In this document: positions 1 through 11,436 of the stretch, piece after piece
Layout of the letters: the number at the start of each line of letters is the position of its first letter
Numbering within the stretch: the stretch's first letter is position 1
Assembly (NCBI GenBank): GCA_963796965.1
Contig: CAWCNS010000004.1
Coordinates: 32,001 to 96,000 of the forward strand
Length of the DNA: 64,000 bases
Direction of reading: 5' to 3'
Source: Calditrichia bacterium
GTDB lineage: Bacteria; Calditrichota; Calditrichia; JAJRVZ01
Notes under the pieces: generated by a model
The model's input: the letters and a program-made list of their open reading frames with translations, nothing else
Told to the model about the DNA's origin: nothing
Database searches by the model: none
Translations under genes and position numbers: made by a program

Positions 1-2
1 GT

Positions 3-2286
3 ATGGGCGTAGTTTATAAAGCGCAGGACACCAAACTCGATCGTTTGGTAGCGTTAAAATTTCTGCCCCCCCATCTCAGCCAGGACGAAGAAGTAAAAAG
101 CCGTTTTATCCATGAGGCGAAAGCGGCCTCTGCCCTGGATCATCCAAATATTTGCAGCATCTATGAAATCAACGATACCGACCAGGGACAAATGTTCATT
201 GCCATGGCCTGTTACGATGGGAAATCCCTGAAAGACAAGATTAAAGATCAAAGATTAACGATTAAAGAAGTGATTGATTATGCCATTCAGATCGCCCGCG
301 GCCTGGAAAAAGCCCATGCTAAAAAGATCATACACCGGGACATAAAGCCTGCCAATATTCTGATTACGGAAGACGGTGTAGTCAAGATCGTGGATTTTGG
401 TCTGGCTAAACTGGCCGGCCGGACTATGTTGACCAAAGAGGGAAGCACCCTGGGTACGGTAGGTTACATGTCACCGGAACAGACGCAGGGTACAGACATT
501 GATCAATGCACGGATGTCTGGGCATTAGGTGTCATAATATATGAAATGCTCACGGGTAAACAACCGTTTGCAGGAGATTATGAACAGGCGATAGTCTATT
601 CCATTTTAAATGAGGAGCCGGTACCTATCACCGAACTGCGTTCGGATGTATCCTCATCCCTGGAGCAAATCGTGAACCGGGCCCTTGAGAAGGATCCGCA
701 AAAACGGTACCAGAGCATTCAGGAGCTGCTGGAAGATTTAGAGTCTTTGTCAGCGGGAATTGTGCCGGAAGAGATTCAGGCCCGGATGAGAAAAGCAAAA
801 CTGCGCAAGAGAAAGGCGACCATTCTTTTTGCGGTTGCAGCCGGTTTGATCATCGCCGCTGTAGTGGTACTGATTCTGTTCACCAGAGGTTCTGAGACCA
901 TTGATTCCATTGCGGTTCTGCCTCTTAAAAACCTCACGGGTGATGCTGAAGAGGAGTATTTTGTGGATGGTATGACCGATGAACTCATCGGTGCAGCTGG
1001 GCCAGATTAGCGGCCTGAAGCGGGTGATATCGCGGACATCCGTGATGCACTACAAAGACACAGACAAATCCCTGTCGGACATTGCCCGGGAATTGAATGT
1101 GGACGCCATAGTGGAGGGGACAGTGTATCAGGTGGGCGACAGTATTCGGGTCCGTTTTCAACTCATCGACGTGCTGCCCGAGGAACAAAACCTGTGGGGC
1201 GAGACGTATGAACGATCTATGCGTGATGTGATCATAATGTACAGTGAGGTGGCCCGGACCGTGGCTCGCGAGATCAGGATCGGACTGACCCGGCAGGAAA
1301 AAACGCGCCTTACTGCAACACGCCAGGTTAATCCGGAGGCTTATGAGGCCTACTTAAGGGGGATGTCTTACGCTTACAGATTAAACCCGCAGGATATTGA
1401 TGTGGGAATGCACTACTTTGAATCCGCTCTGGAGAAAGATCCGGATTTTGCGCTGGCTCATACAGGTGTTGCCAATGTCTGGTGTTTACGCCAGGTAATG
1501 GGATCGTTACCGCCAAGTGAAACAACACCCCTATTTAGAGCTGCCGCCCAAAGAGCCCTGGATCTGGATTCTACCCTGGCGGAGGTTCATTATGTCCGGG
1601 CTTTTGTCAAATGGTTTGATTGGGACTGGAAAGGCGCGGAGGAGGCATTCAAACGGGCCATTGAAATCAATCCCAACTATCCGGCTGCCCGGGCGCAGTA
1701 CTCCCAACTGTTGGCTATTCTGAAGCGTCCGGAGGAAGCGATCGTGCAGGCTCAGCAGGCCATTGAATTGGATCCTTTCAATCCTGTAATCATGGGACTT
1801 TATGGAAGCACATTTGCCATGGTAGGACGGCATGATGAGGCAATGACAATGGCTCATAAAGAGCTCAGGATATCGCCGAACAGTTCGCTAGGGCTACAAA
1901 TTCTCTGGTGGGGACACCACTATAAGGGGGAGTATGATCAGGCGTTTGAAAATGCGAAGGTGTTTTATACGGCCATGGGTTTGGCTCCGATTGTACAAAT
2001 CATTGAGCAGGGATATGAAACAGGTGGTTATTTTGAAGCCATGAAAGGTGCCGCTGAAGCCATGGCGTTAGCCGCACAAGAGCATTATATACAGCCTTAT
2101 TGGCTTGCTATCCTGTATGCCGTTGCCGGGGAAAAAGAAAAATGCCTCGACTGGTTGGAAAAAGGATATGAGACAAAAGATCCGATGCATGCCTATTTTA
2201 CAGAATTGGAGTTAAGAAGTTTTATCCATGATGAGCCTCGTTATCAGGATCTGTTACGGAAAATGGACCTGCCCAGGACGGAATGA
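3..2286 (+). CDS. Hanks-type Ser/Thr protein kinase with TM helix, TolB-N-like domain and TPR repeats (5' truncated at window edge; frameshift ~995)
   Basis: Kinase motifs VALK, HRDIKPAN, DFGLAK, YMSPEQ in 3..1010; SIAVLPLKNL...EYFVDGMTDELI continues as (Q)LGQISGLKRVISRTS in 979..2286 after removing one base; TPR-like helices follow. Confidence 0.9.
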
Positions 2287-2300
2287 AATGGCCGGAATTA

Positions 2301-2505
2301 GATCTATAAATCTTTTGGGTGAAGAACTATAATAACTATATATCCTTCGGCCTTAGATCTATAAATCTCTTCCTCCCGGATCTAGGGATCTGTTACCTTT
2401 AGAACTATATATCTCATACCACTGGATCAATAGATCTTTTACCCCAAGAACTATATATCTTTTCCTCCTGGAATTATGGATCTTTTAATCCAGGATGTAT
2501 CTATC
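2301..2505. repeat. Degenerate tandem array, 23-bp period, core consensus GAWCTATAKATC
   Basis: Cores start at 2333, 2356, 2379, 2402, 2425, 2448, 2471, 2494 (exact 23-bp spacing), plus 2301/2324 offset by a 9-bp duplication. Confidence 0.85.
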
Positions 2506-2662
2506 ATTTTCTTAAACAAATGAATTCCATGGCACAAGTAGTTGCCTTTTGACACACATGAATAGCTAATTTATAGAGCAAACAGTAAGCAAAGAACAGG
2601 CTAGTGGAAATATTCAAGATCTAACTTCTCCTATAAATTCCCAATTCCCAATTCCCAGTTCT

Positions 2663-2722
2663 CCCGATAAAAACCATCATCTTCCAGATGATTTATCGGG
2701 ACTAATTCATCCATGAATTAGC
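2663..2722. terminator. Hairpins between convergent kinase and ptrB genes
   Basis: cccgataaa...atcatct-tcc-agatgat-ttatcggg and ctaattcat-cc-atgaattag inverted repeats. Confidence 0.5.
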
Positions 2723-2745
2723 AAATTCCAAATACCACTCAAAAC

Positions 2746-4869
2746 TCAATTCATTCCCAATTGGCCCAGGATAAACGAATACTCCATGGCCGTTCTATTG
2801 TAGCGGGCAAATCGACCTGAAGCCCCGCCATGTCCGGATTCCAGATCGACATCCAGAATCAGTGGATTATTATCGGTTTTCATGGCACGCAGTTTGGCTA
2901 CCCATTTGGCCGGTTCAAAATATTGTACCTGCGAATCATGCAGCCCGGTGGTCACATACATGGCCGGATATGCCTTGGCAGCAACATTATCATAGGGCGA
3001 ATAAGATAACATGTATGCATAATATACCGGGTCTGTGGGATTTCCCCATTCATCAAATTCAGCTGTTGTAAGCGGAATACTCTCGTCAAGCATGGTGGTG
3101 ACCACATCTACCCAGGGAACCGCAGCGATAATTCCTTTGAACAGATCCGGACGGGCATTGACGACGGCCCCCATTAATAACCCGCCGGCACTACCGCCTC
3201 GGGCAAATAAATAGTCAGAGCTGGTATATTTCTGGGCAACCAGGTAATCTGCACAATCAATAAAATCATTAAAGGTATTTTTCTTTTTTAATAATTTGCC
3301 ATCCTCATACCATTGGCGGCCCATTTCTGAGCCACCACGGATATGGGCAATGGCATAGATAAATCCCCGGTCAATCAGACTCAGCCGCGATGAGCGGAAA
3401 CAGGGATTCATACTGGAACCATAGGATCCATATCCATAAAGAAGTAGCGGATTTTTACCGTCTCTGACCATATCTTTTCTATACACCATTGTCACGGGTA
3501 CTTTAACACCATCCCGGGCGGTGGCCCAGACGCGTTCGCTTTTATAGTTGCTGCGGTCGAATCCACCACCAACTTCCTCTTCCTTGAGCAAACGCCATTT
3601 CTTCCTGGTCATGTTATATTCAATGACAGATTCTGGTGTGGTTAGGGATTCATAACTAAATCTAAATACATCCGTATTGAATTGATAATTATCCTGTGGA
3701 TAAGCAATGAAATTTTCTTCATCAAATGAAATATATTGCTTGGAAGAATTTTTTAGGTCAATCACACGGATCTGATTGGCTCCTGCCTTACGTTCCCTTA
3801 TTACAATGTGGTTTTTAAAGGGGGTGACACTTTCCAGCAGAATGTCGTTATCATGGGGAATTAATTCTCGCCAATGTTTTTTATCCGTTTTTCCCGGTTT
3901 GGCTTCCATCAAGCGGAAATTTTTGGCCTGCCAGTTGGTCCGGACAAGAAAACGATCGCCCTGGTCATAGATATAATATTCATGACCTTTTTCCCGTGGC
4001 TGGAATAAAACCGCTTTCTTTTCCACATTGTTTGGATCGATTAACTGGAATTCAGTAGCCAGGGTATGCTCCGACTTCAGAATGATATAATTGTCGGTTT
4101 TGGATTTTGAGATGGATAGATTAAAGGTATTATCCGATTCGTGGTAAAACTCCCGGTCTTCCCCAATTTTGGTTCCAAGATGGTGATGCCATAAACGATC
4201 CGGGCGCAGGGTGTTATCTTTTGTAACATAAAAAACGGTTTTATTGTCATTGGCCCAGACGGCGCGGCCATTGGTGTTTGGAATTTCATCGGCCAGGATT
4301 TTCCCGCTTTTCAGATCTTTGAAATAGAGTGTATATTTCCTTCGGCTGACGGTATCCACGCCAAATACCAGGTAGCGGTTGTTTTCGCTGACGCTTAATC
4401 CGGTCACCTGAAAATAATCATGACCATGGGCCATCTCCGGACCATCAATCAGGATTTCTTCCGGTGCATCCGCTTCTGCTTTCTTTCGGGCATAAATGGG
4501 ATATTCCTCACCACGGAGATAGCGGCGATAATAATAATAGCCGTTATCAAGGTACGGGACAGTCTCGTCCTCCTGCTTGATACGACCAACGATTTCGTTA
4601 TAAATAGATTTTCTGCAAATCTGTACTTGCTGCCATCAAGGCATCGCGATAGGCATTTTCTGCGAGCAGGTATTCCATTACGGCAGGATTTTCCCTTTCG
4701 TTCAGCCAGTAATAATTATCGATCCTTTCCTGACCATGTAGCACTAAGTTTTTTAGGTATTTTTTGTGCAACAGGCGGAGCGGTCTCGTTCGCTTGTTGT
4801 ACAACTACTAAATAACATCAGGGTCACACCTGCCAGGAGGGCAATAATGACGATGTTTCTCTTTTTCAT
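2746..4869 (-). CDS. ptrB: Oligopeptidase B (S9A), lipoprotein signal; frameshifts at ~4800 and ~4600
   Basis: N-term MKKRNIVII...LFSSC; HGQERIDNYYWL; YGYGSYG, HIRGGSEMG, nucleophile GGSAGG, HDSQVQY, GHGGASGR. Confidence 0.93.
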
Positions 4870-5314
4870 ACTGGATTCCTTTAAATCAATTATCAGGGGG
4901 AAGGGACTATCAGAAATAATGTAAATAATTAATAGGGAACTACAAAGAAAAATTGATATTCGCTTTTCCCTATCACACCTACGGTGGGGCATGCTAAAAA
5001 ATGATTAAGATTTTCAATTGCGAATAAATTTGTTCTCCAAAATTGAGACAAATTAATGTGGTATATTTTAAAACAACAGAGTTAACCCCGTAATACGGGG
5101 CGGGCCAGAAAAATTCACAGAATTAATTTTAGATTTCTTTGACTTAGTAGTAATAAGAAATTTTTATAATTCTGTGTTTCTCTGTGTCTTTCTGTGGTTT
5201 GAAACCTTTTGTTTAAAGAACGGCCAGAGTTCATCGCTTGCCTGGGAGGCAGGAGTATCTGAAGGATTAATATTATACACTTTAAAACGTTCAAATTACT
5301 CGGATTTTTATTGT

Positions 5315-6310
5315 TTAATACTTATGTTCATTTTCATTAAACAGTGGCACAACATTTTTCATGCTGATTTCACCTTCATTAACAGGTAATGAGATAAGTT
5401 TACCACCCGTTGGCCATGCTTCATTTGTGGATTCACCACTAATATAGCCATAAGCCAATATTATATCGCCCCTATATTTTCCCCAATAATTATTATAATG
5501 ATCATGACCACAAAAAGTCGCCCGAATATTTCCGACCTCTAAAAATGCATTATATAAGGAACCATCATCCGCTTCGTAAAAAACCTTCTCCAAACTGACA
5601 CCCTCTTTTTTAATACTCTGATCTTCCCATAGTTCTTTGTACTGGATGAGCGGAATGTGGAAAATAGAAATCGCCCCGATCGTTTTATTATATTTTTTTT
5701 TGGTCTTCTGGGAGATCTTTTTGTACCATTCAATTTGGTCTTTTTGAACAGCTTTTACGCCATCGTGAGGTCCTGTATCAAAAGCATAAACCTGCCAGCT
5801 TGGAATAGATTTTTTACCAATTTTTATATCCACAAAGTAATCGTATTTTTTGGATTCCTTAGATTTATGAAATCCGAGAACGCCCCATTGAGAAGTCTTA
5901 AATACATTATAAATATCATCATGACCAAAACCGCCTTCAGGATCGTGATTGCCAAATACATAAAACCATGGTCGTTCTAATGAATCAAAGAAATGAACAG
6001 CGTAAGCGGCAAGAAGGTTGCCATATGGTTTTTCACCGGTAAATAAATCACCCGTTATAAAGATAAAGTGAGGGTCATACATGTTAACCAATCTTTTGAT
6101 TCTATGGAAGGTATTTAAATCATCTTTCCAGTGCCCTCTGGAACCGAGATGCAGATCAGTCACCTGCAATATTAGAATAGAATGAGAATCTGATTCCTCT
6201 ATAACAATTTCAAATTGGTCTGATTCGATTCTGCGAATTAATGACTGAGCGGATACATTTGCCGTTATAACTAAAAATACAGTGGTGATACATATAATTT
6301 TTTTTAACAT
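5315..6310 (-). CDS. Secreted calcineurin-like metallophosphoesterase
   Basis: TDLH, TGD, GNHD, FHIP, CGHDH motifs; signal peptide from MLKKIICITT (6310). Confidence 0.85.
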   Translation of the reverse strand: MLKKIICITTVFLVITANVSAQSLIRRIESDQFEIVIEESDSHSILILQVTDLHLGSRGHWKDDLNTFHRIKRLVNMYDPHFIFITGDLFTGEKPYGNLLAAYAVHFFDSLERPWFYVFGNHDPEGGFGHDDIYNVFKTSQWGVLGFHKSKESKKYDYFVDIKIGKKSIPSWQVYAFDTGPHDGVKAVQKDQIEWYKKISQKTKKKYNKTIGAISIFHIPLIQYKELWEDQSIKKEGVSLEKVFYEADDGSLYNAFLEVGNIRATFCGHDHYNNYWGKYRGDIILAYGYISGESTNEAWPTGGKLISLPVNEGEISMKNVVPLFNENEHKY

Positions 6311-6640
6311 ATGAATATCCCTGCAAGATAAAAAGTTCTCAGTACATGTTAGATAGTTGAATAATAATTTAAACAAAAAAGCCTAAAAGTATAAATTTAT
6401 TAGCCTCCTCATTTTATCATGATAAAGCTGGATTTGAAACAACATATATTTAGGTAAGAATATGAAGGTGGGATTACTGTTTATTTGTGAATCCTTTTTT
6501 TATGTCCAGAATTGACTAGAAAGTTACTACAAAAGGGTAATTATAGTTTGTTTTCGGGTTTGTAATACAATCCATGCTATCACGCCCGTTGCTGATCCGC
6601 TCGCCCCGTGGAACGGGGCATAAAACATGGCGGACAAAAT

Positions 6641-6676
6641 GAAAAGGACTGAATCGAAGGAGATTCGGTCCTTTTC
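6641..6676 (-). terminator. Intrinsic terminator-like hairpin downstream of cytochrome gene
   Basis: gaaaaggactgaatc-gaagga-gattcggtccttttc. Confidence 0.6.
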
Positions 6677-6790
6677 TAATTTTGCATTGACGTACCCAAA
6701 ATGTTTTATAGTCCTGCTATTGCAATTAGTTTATTCGAAATGTACCAGGAGCAGTCGGTCTTTATTAGGTGAAATGCATATAAGTACAGT

Positions 6791-9275
6791 TTATCTGAGT
6801 AGAATCATCTTTTTTACTTCTCTAAAATTTCCCGCTACCAATTGATAGTAGTAAACACCACTCGCCAGATTCTTTCCGTCGAAGGTATAGGTATGGTTTC
6901 CTTGATTTATTTTTTTAGAAACGATAGTAGATACTTCATTTCCAAGTATGTTATATACTTTCAGTTCAATAAATTCAGATTTAGGAAGACTGAATTCGAT
7001 GGTGGTGGATGGATTGAAAGGATTGGGGTAATTTTGTCCAAGAGCGAATTCCCCCGGCACTCTTTCAGTCGATCGCAAATTATTGGCAAACCTGAAATCG
7101 AGCTTATTCATTTGAGTCGAAGAAAGTGGATTGGCATAAAGCATTTGTGTACGATCCGCACCACTTTTAAGATACGTCCATTGTGTGGAATCAAAGGGTT
7201 GATCGACGGGATCTGTTGCTGAACCCGTGTAATGAACAAAATCCATTTGCAGGGCGGTCTGCCAGTCCGGTGGCACCGGAATTGCCCCGGTAGAATTTAT
7301 AATCTTTCCTTCTGTTTCGTCCCAGCGGGTAACTGTAATTTTATTGTCAGTAAAATAGCTACTCACGTGTTCATTTTGGTGGCAGTCAAGACAGTTTCTT
7401 GCTTCACGCTGGATCGAATGAGCGGTATAAGGTGCAATGGCATAAAAGGTGCTATCTGTGTATGTTAATGCCTGAAATGTTGCTGTCGTAACCTTCGCGG
7501 CTTTTTCACCATTTACCAACATAACAAAATTATGCAGCGGGGGCGGTCCATAGAATCGTTTTTGATTCTGAACTATTTCTGTTTCAAAATGACAACTGTA
7601 ACATGAGACAACTGATTGTACATGGCATGCTGCACAGTCAATTGCCTGAGTATGTAAATCATGGGAATAATTTTGAGGTAAATTTTCTAATGGGTGACAT
7701 CCATTATTAGTACAACTGACTTTAATTGCTCCAGGTTCAAGCATTGAATTATAGGACTTACCGTCACCATGAAGCTCATCCATCGTATGGCAATCGGTAC
7801 ACACCATGCCGGCGTCCCGATGTACATCACTAAAGTGGCTGGCCGTTACAGGATTGGCTGCCATATCGATTTCGGCCTTCTGACGACTATGACATCCGAG
7901 ACAGGTTTCCTGTTTCACTGGTAACCAATTATTGATATCATGACAATCATAACAATCGGGCTGGTAGCTGGCCTCATCGATAGGATCTCCATTGGCTTTG
8001 CCCGGTCCATGGCAGCCCTGACAGGCCAGGGAATCCATCGGAATTTCAGTTATAGATTCAAATCCACCGTTTTCCTTACTGTACCAGTATTCTTGTCCGC
8101 GTCTGCTGGCATGAAGGCTTGTGGCAAACTCATCTACTGTCGGCAAAATCCCATGTGGACCCGGTCCTGGTGCCAGTCGCTCACCATGACATACCTGACA
8201 ATCGGTTAGCGTACCTGACTCTCCTTGCAAAGCAATCATTTGAATGTTATCCTTCTCGACTGATGATGGATTGATTGCGTGGGGGGAACCATGACAGAGA
8301 CTACAGGCGAGATCGGCATGACCCTGTGAATCTTTAAATAGCTTTCCCGTTTCTGGTGTATATGCAGAGCTATGACAGCCTGCATCAGCACATCCAGGCT
8401 CATCAACCCAGGGTTCGCGTCCATTACGGAGACTAGTGGCTAATTGCTGCAAAGTACCATGACAGACTCTCACAATCAGGATGACTGCCGGCCATAACTC
8501 CCCGGTAGAATTGTGTTTCGGGCCCGGCATGGCAATCATAACAATCGTCAGCTAATTCGACATGCTTATCATGGATAACTTCGGAAAATGATTCCAAACC
8601 AGCTGTCCCTGATGTTCCAGCCAGATTAGAAGCATGACAGGATACGCATAATATTGGTTTATTATTTGGATCAAATCCGTCTTCCTCCTCATGTCTGTCA
8701 AGTATATCCTGTTCATTGCTATGACAACCGCTCTTGACACAACCGATTTCATTGGATACCGGTAACACGGGCTGACTCTCTGCCAGCAGATTCCCGGCTT
8801 GATCGTAGACTTTTATCAGTGCCAGTTGAAATGGATCCGGATTTTGCAGATCGTTATCAGCATAAGGACTTAACGGAATACCATCAGCAATAAAATAATT
8901 ACCTTCAAGTGACATTTCACCTTTTAGTCCCAGACCGGTCAAACTTGTATCATCGGGCAATTCTATTCCATACAATTTATCTTCATAATCCCAAAAATTT
9001 GTCTTACCGGCTGAATAACTATTACCGGGTATCTCATAGGTGACCCTAATTGCTGAAGTAACAATTTCAGGCAGAGAAATTTGACTACCCAGGCGTATCA
9101 CCTGCGCTCTTAATTTGTTATGTGGTGGATGGATAGCGAAATTCTGAAAATCTTTTTTGAATTCATGCATTCCGGTTTCATGCCAGCCGACGATTAAATA
9201 TTTTTGTGCAAACAGGGTTGTAGAAAAAAACAGAAGGACAAATATACCGGAGATTATCCGGGAAAATTTTTTCAT
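6791..9275 (-). CDS. Secreted multiheme cytochrome c (~15 heme motifs) with T9SS-type C-terminal sorting domain; frameshift ~8465
   Basis: Signal peptide; 11 intact CxxCH, 1 CxxCH restored at the frameshift and 3 CX4CH; C-terminus FALGQNYPNPFNPSTTI...SGVYYY...KKMILLR. Confidence 0.88.
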
Positions 9276-9344
9276 AATATTTCTCCATGGGGATAGTAAC
9301 GATGAATCAGTAATGTCGTAGTGCGAATATATTAAATGGTATTC

Positions 9345-9391
9345 ATTAATGATAGTAATTATTATGTCAATTTACTGTGACATTTCGCACA
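9345..9391. promoter_or_regulatory. Candidate Fur-like box (9345-9363) and CRP/FNR-family site (9376-9391) upstream of cytochrome
   Basis: attaatgatagtaattatt matches 14/19 of GATAATGATAATCATTATC; tgtga-catttc-gcaca matches TGTGA-N6-TCACA with one mismatch. Confidence 0.4.
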
Positions 9392-9691
9392 GAATTGAAT
9401 TGAGAACTAGAATGAAGGGTCTGGAAATTCGCTCGCCTCATAGTAGGAAATCACTATCAATATTCGCCTGCCTGCTCGGCCTTTGAAGGGATCCGGCGCA
9501 GACGGACAATCCTTACCATCACGCTGAAAGGCGTACGGGACAAGTCGGGACAAAAAGAAAAGACCGAATCAAGGGGATTAGTACTCTATTTGGTAAAGTA
9601 GTATAAGGCGTATATGAAATTTGGAATTAGGAACTGGGAATTTGAAATTTCTTCAAATCTAATTCCTAATACCCAGTTCCGAATTATAAAA

Positions 9692-10913
9692 TTACCGCAA
9701 AAGTATCATCTTCTTCACATCTCTATAGTCACCTGCGGTTATTACGTAATAGTAAACGCCACTTGCCAGATTTCTTCCGTTAAACGTGTAGGTATGTTTC
9801 CCTGTATTTAACTCCTTGGATACGATATTTGCCACTTCTTTACCGAGTACATTGAATACTTTTAATTCAATAAATTCCGACTTGGGTAGGGTGAATACGA
9901 TTGTTGTCGATGGATTAAAGGGATTGGGATAATTCTGATGGAGGCCAAATTTATCAGGTGTGGTAAAATCTTCCAGAGCCGTAAAATCCAGAACCTCTAT
10001 GACTACCTTTGCCGAATCAACGCCGCCATTGTCATCCGAAATATGATAGTAAAAGTCTGTCTGTACCAAAAAAATTTGTATTAGGGGTATAATATACCAG
10101 GCTATCGCCTTGCGTATAATTTATAACACCATGAGCAGCTTCACCCACCTGAGTTATGATTATATCATGACCATCCCCATCGCTGTCATTAAGGGTTAAG
10201 TGCATGGCAAGCGTAGAATCTCCCTGGACAACAAAATAATCATTAACGGCAACAGGTGCTTTGTTAAGTCTGAATTCCTGATAATTCACGCCGGGTTGAG
10301 AATAATTGTAGAACCCGAACCGGCCGGGGCGGAAATCACCGGAAACATCAAATACTAAAGTTGTGTCAATGCTTATCCGCACACGATTCGATTCATATAT
10401 TAACTCAAAATCATACACCACACTTCTGGCCCAGCCATAATCGCCATAATAGGTTCCAAGAACGGTTTGCGTAGTATCCATATGGTCCCAATAGGGATGA
10501 GACGTATTGGTGCCTGAGCCGACATTGACATAGCCAAGCACTTTTGACAGGGTAAATCCCTCCTGGGATCCAGACTGTGTCGCCCCCTTCCAGTCCAGCA
10601 GATAGAAATCAAAATACTCTTCGGGGCCATCAGGACGAAAATAGCCGAAAACAAAACCGATATAATCATCATCGCCGCCATCCACATAAAAGCTCCCTCT
10701 AATTGTCACATTTTCAAAGGTATCCGGACTAACAAAAAAAGTGGGTTCATCATTAGAGCTTTGACGAACGGATGCACTATCAGCGGAAATGGTCCAGGTA
10801 CCGTTGGCCAGCAATCCTTCATGCATCCAGTCAGCTAAATTGACCGGTGTTAATTGCCCATAAAGTGTGGAGATTAAATTAAATAACAGCAAAATGGAAA
10901 TTAAATATTTCAT
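9692..10913 (-). CDS. Secreted protein: thrombospondin C-terminal (TSP_C)-like lectin domain, Ig/cadherin-like domain, T9SS-type CTD; frameshift ~10065
   Basis: DDDYIGFVFGY and GRFGFYNYSQ motifs; NKAPVAVND...LNDSDGDG...YTPN Ig repeat; HQNYPNPFNP tail; start MKYLISILL with GGAGG RBS. Confidence 0.8.
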
Positions 10914-11436
10914 AATACCTCCTAATGGCTGCAAGATATGATTTTTAATTAGTATATGATTATTAACCACTATGTGATGATGAAAATTTCCAGCATCACC
11001 ATTCTGAAGGGTAGGTTTTCTCACGCCGCACACAAACAAATATAATTTGAAAAAAGACTTGGATTTGTGATTTATCTCTGAAAAGTTTGAATTTTTTTTA
11101 TTCATATGTTTATAATATAGAACTGATTCAGTGTAAAATTCGAGGTAAATTTTTATTTTAGTGGTAATGTCGTAGATATAAATTCATCAATTAAATTGTT
11201 AGATCATGAATGTCCGGTTTAAAAATTATAATCGCTATAATCAAAAGAACTCATCCCATAAAAATAGAACTATATGTTGTCGATAAATTGTTTAATTAAA
11301 GAATATATTAACTCTGTTCTTGGTGAATTGAGTATTACCTTGCTATGGTTAATCGCTTTGATTAGTTTGTGGTTCAAATGAACGAAACAAATATATCATT
11401 GTATCAATGAGAGAATGATTCAATAAATAAGTCGAG

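Noticed and set aside
2301..2505. CRISPR array
   Set aside because: The 23-bp period is too short, the repeats are degenerate, linkers are only 11 bp, and no cas genes are present.
9614..9811. Short ORFs such as 9614..9811, 47748..47954 and 5174..5389
   Set aside because: They are translations of intergenic repeats or antisense shadows of real genes.
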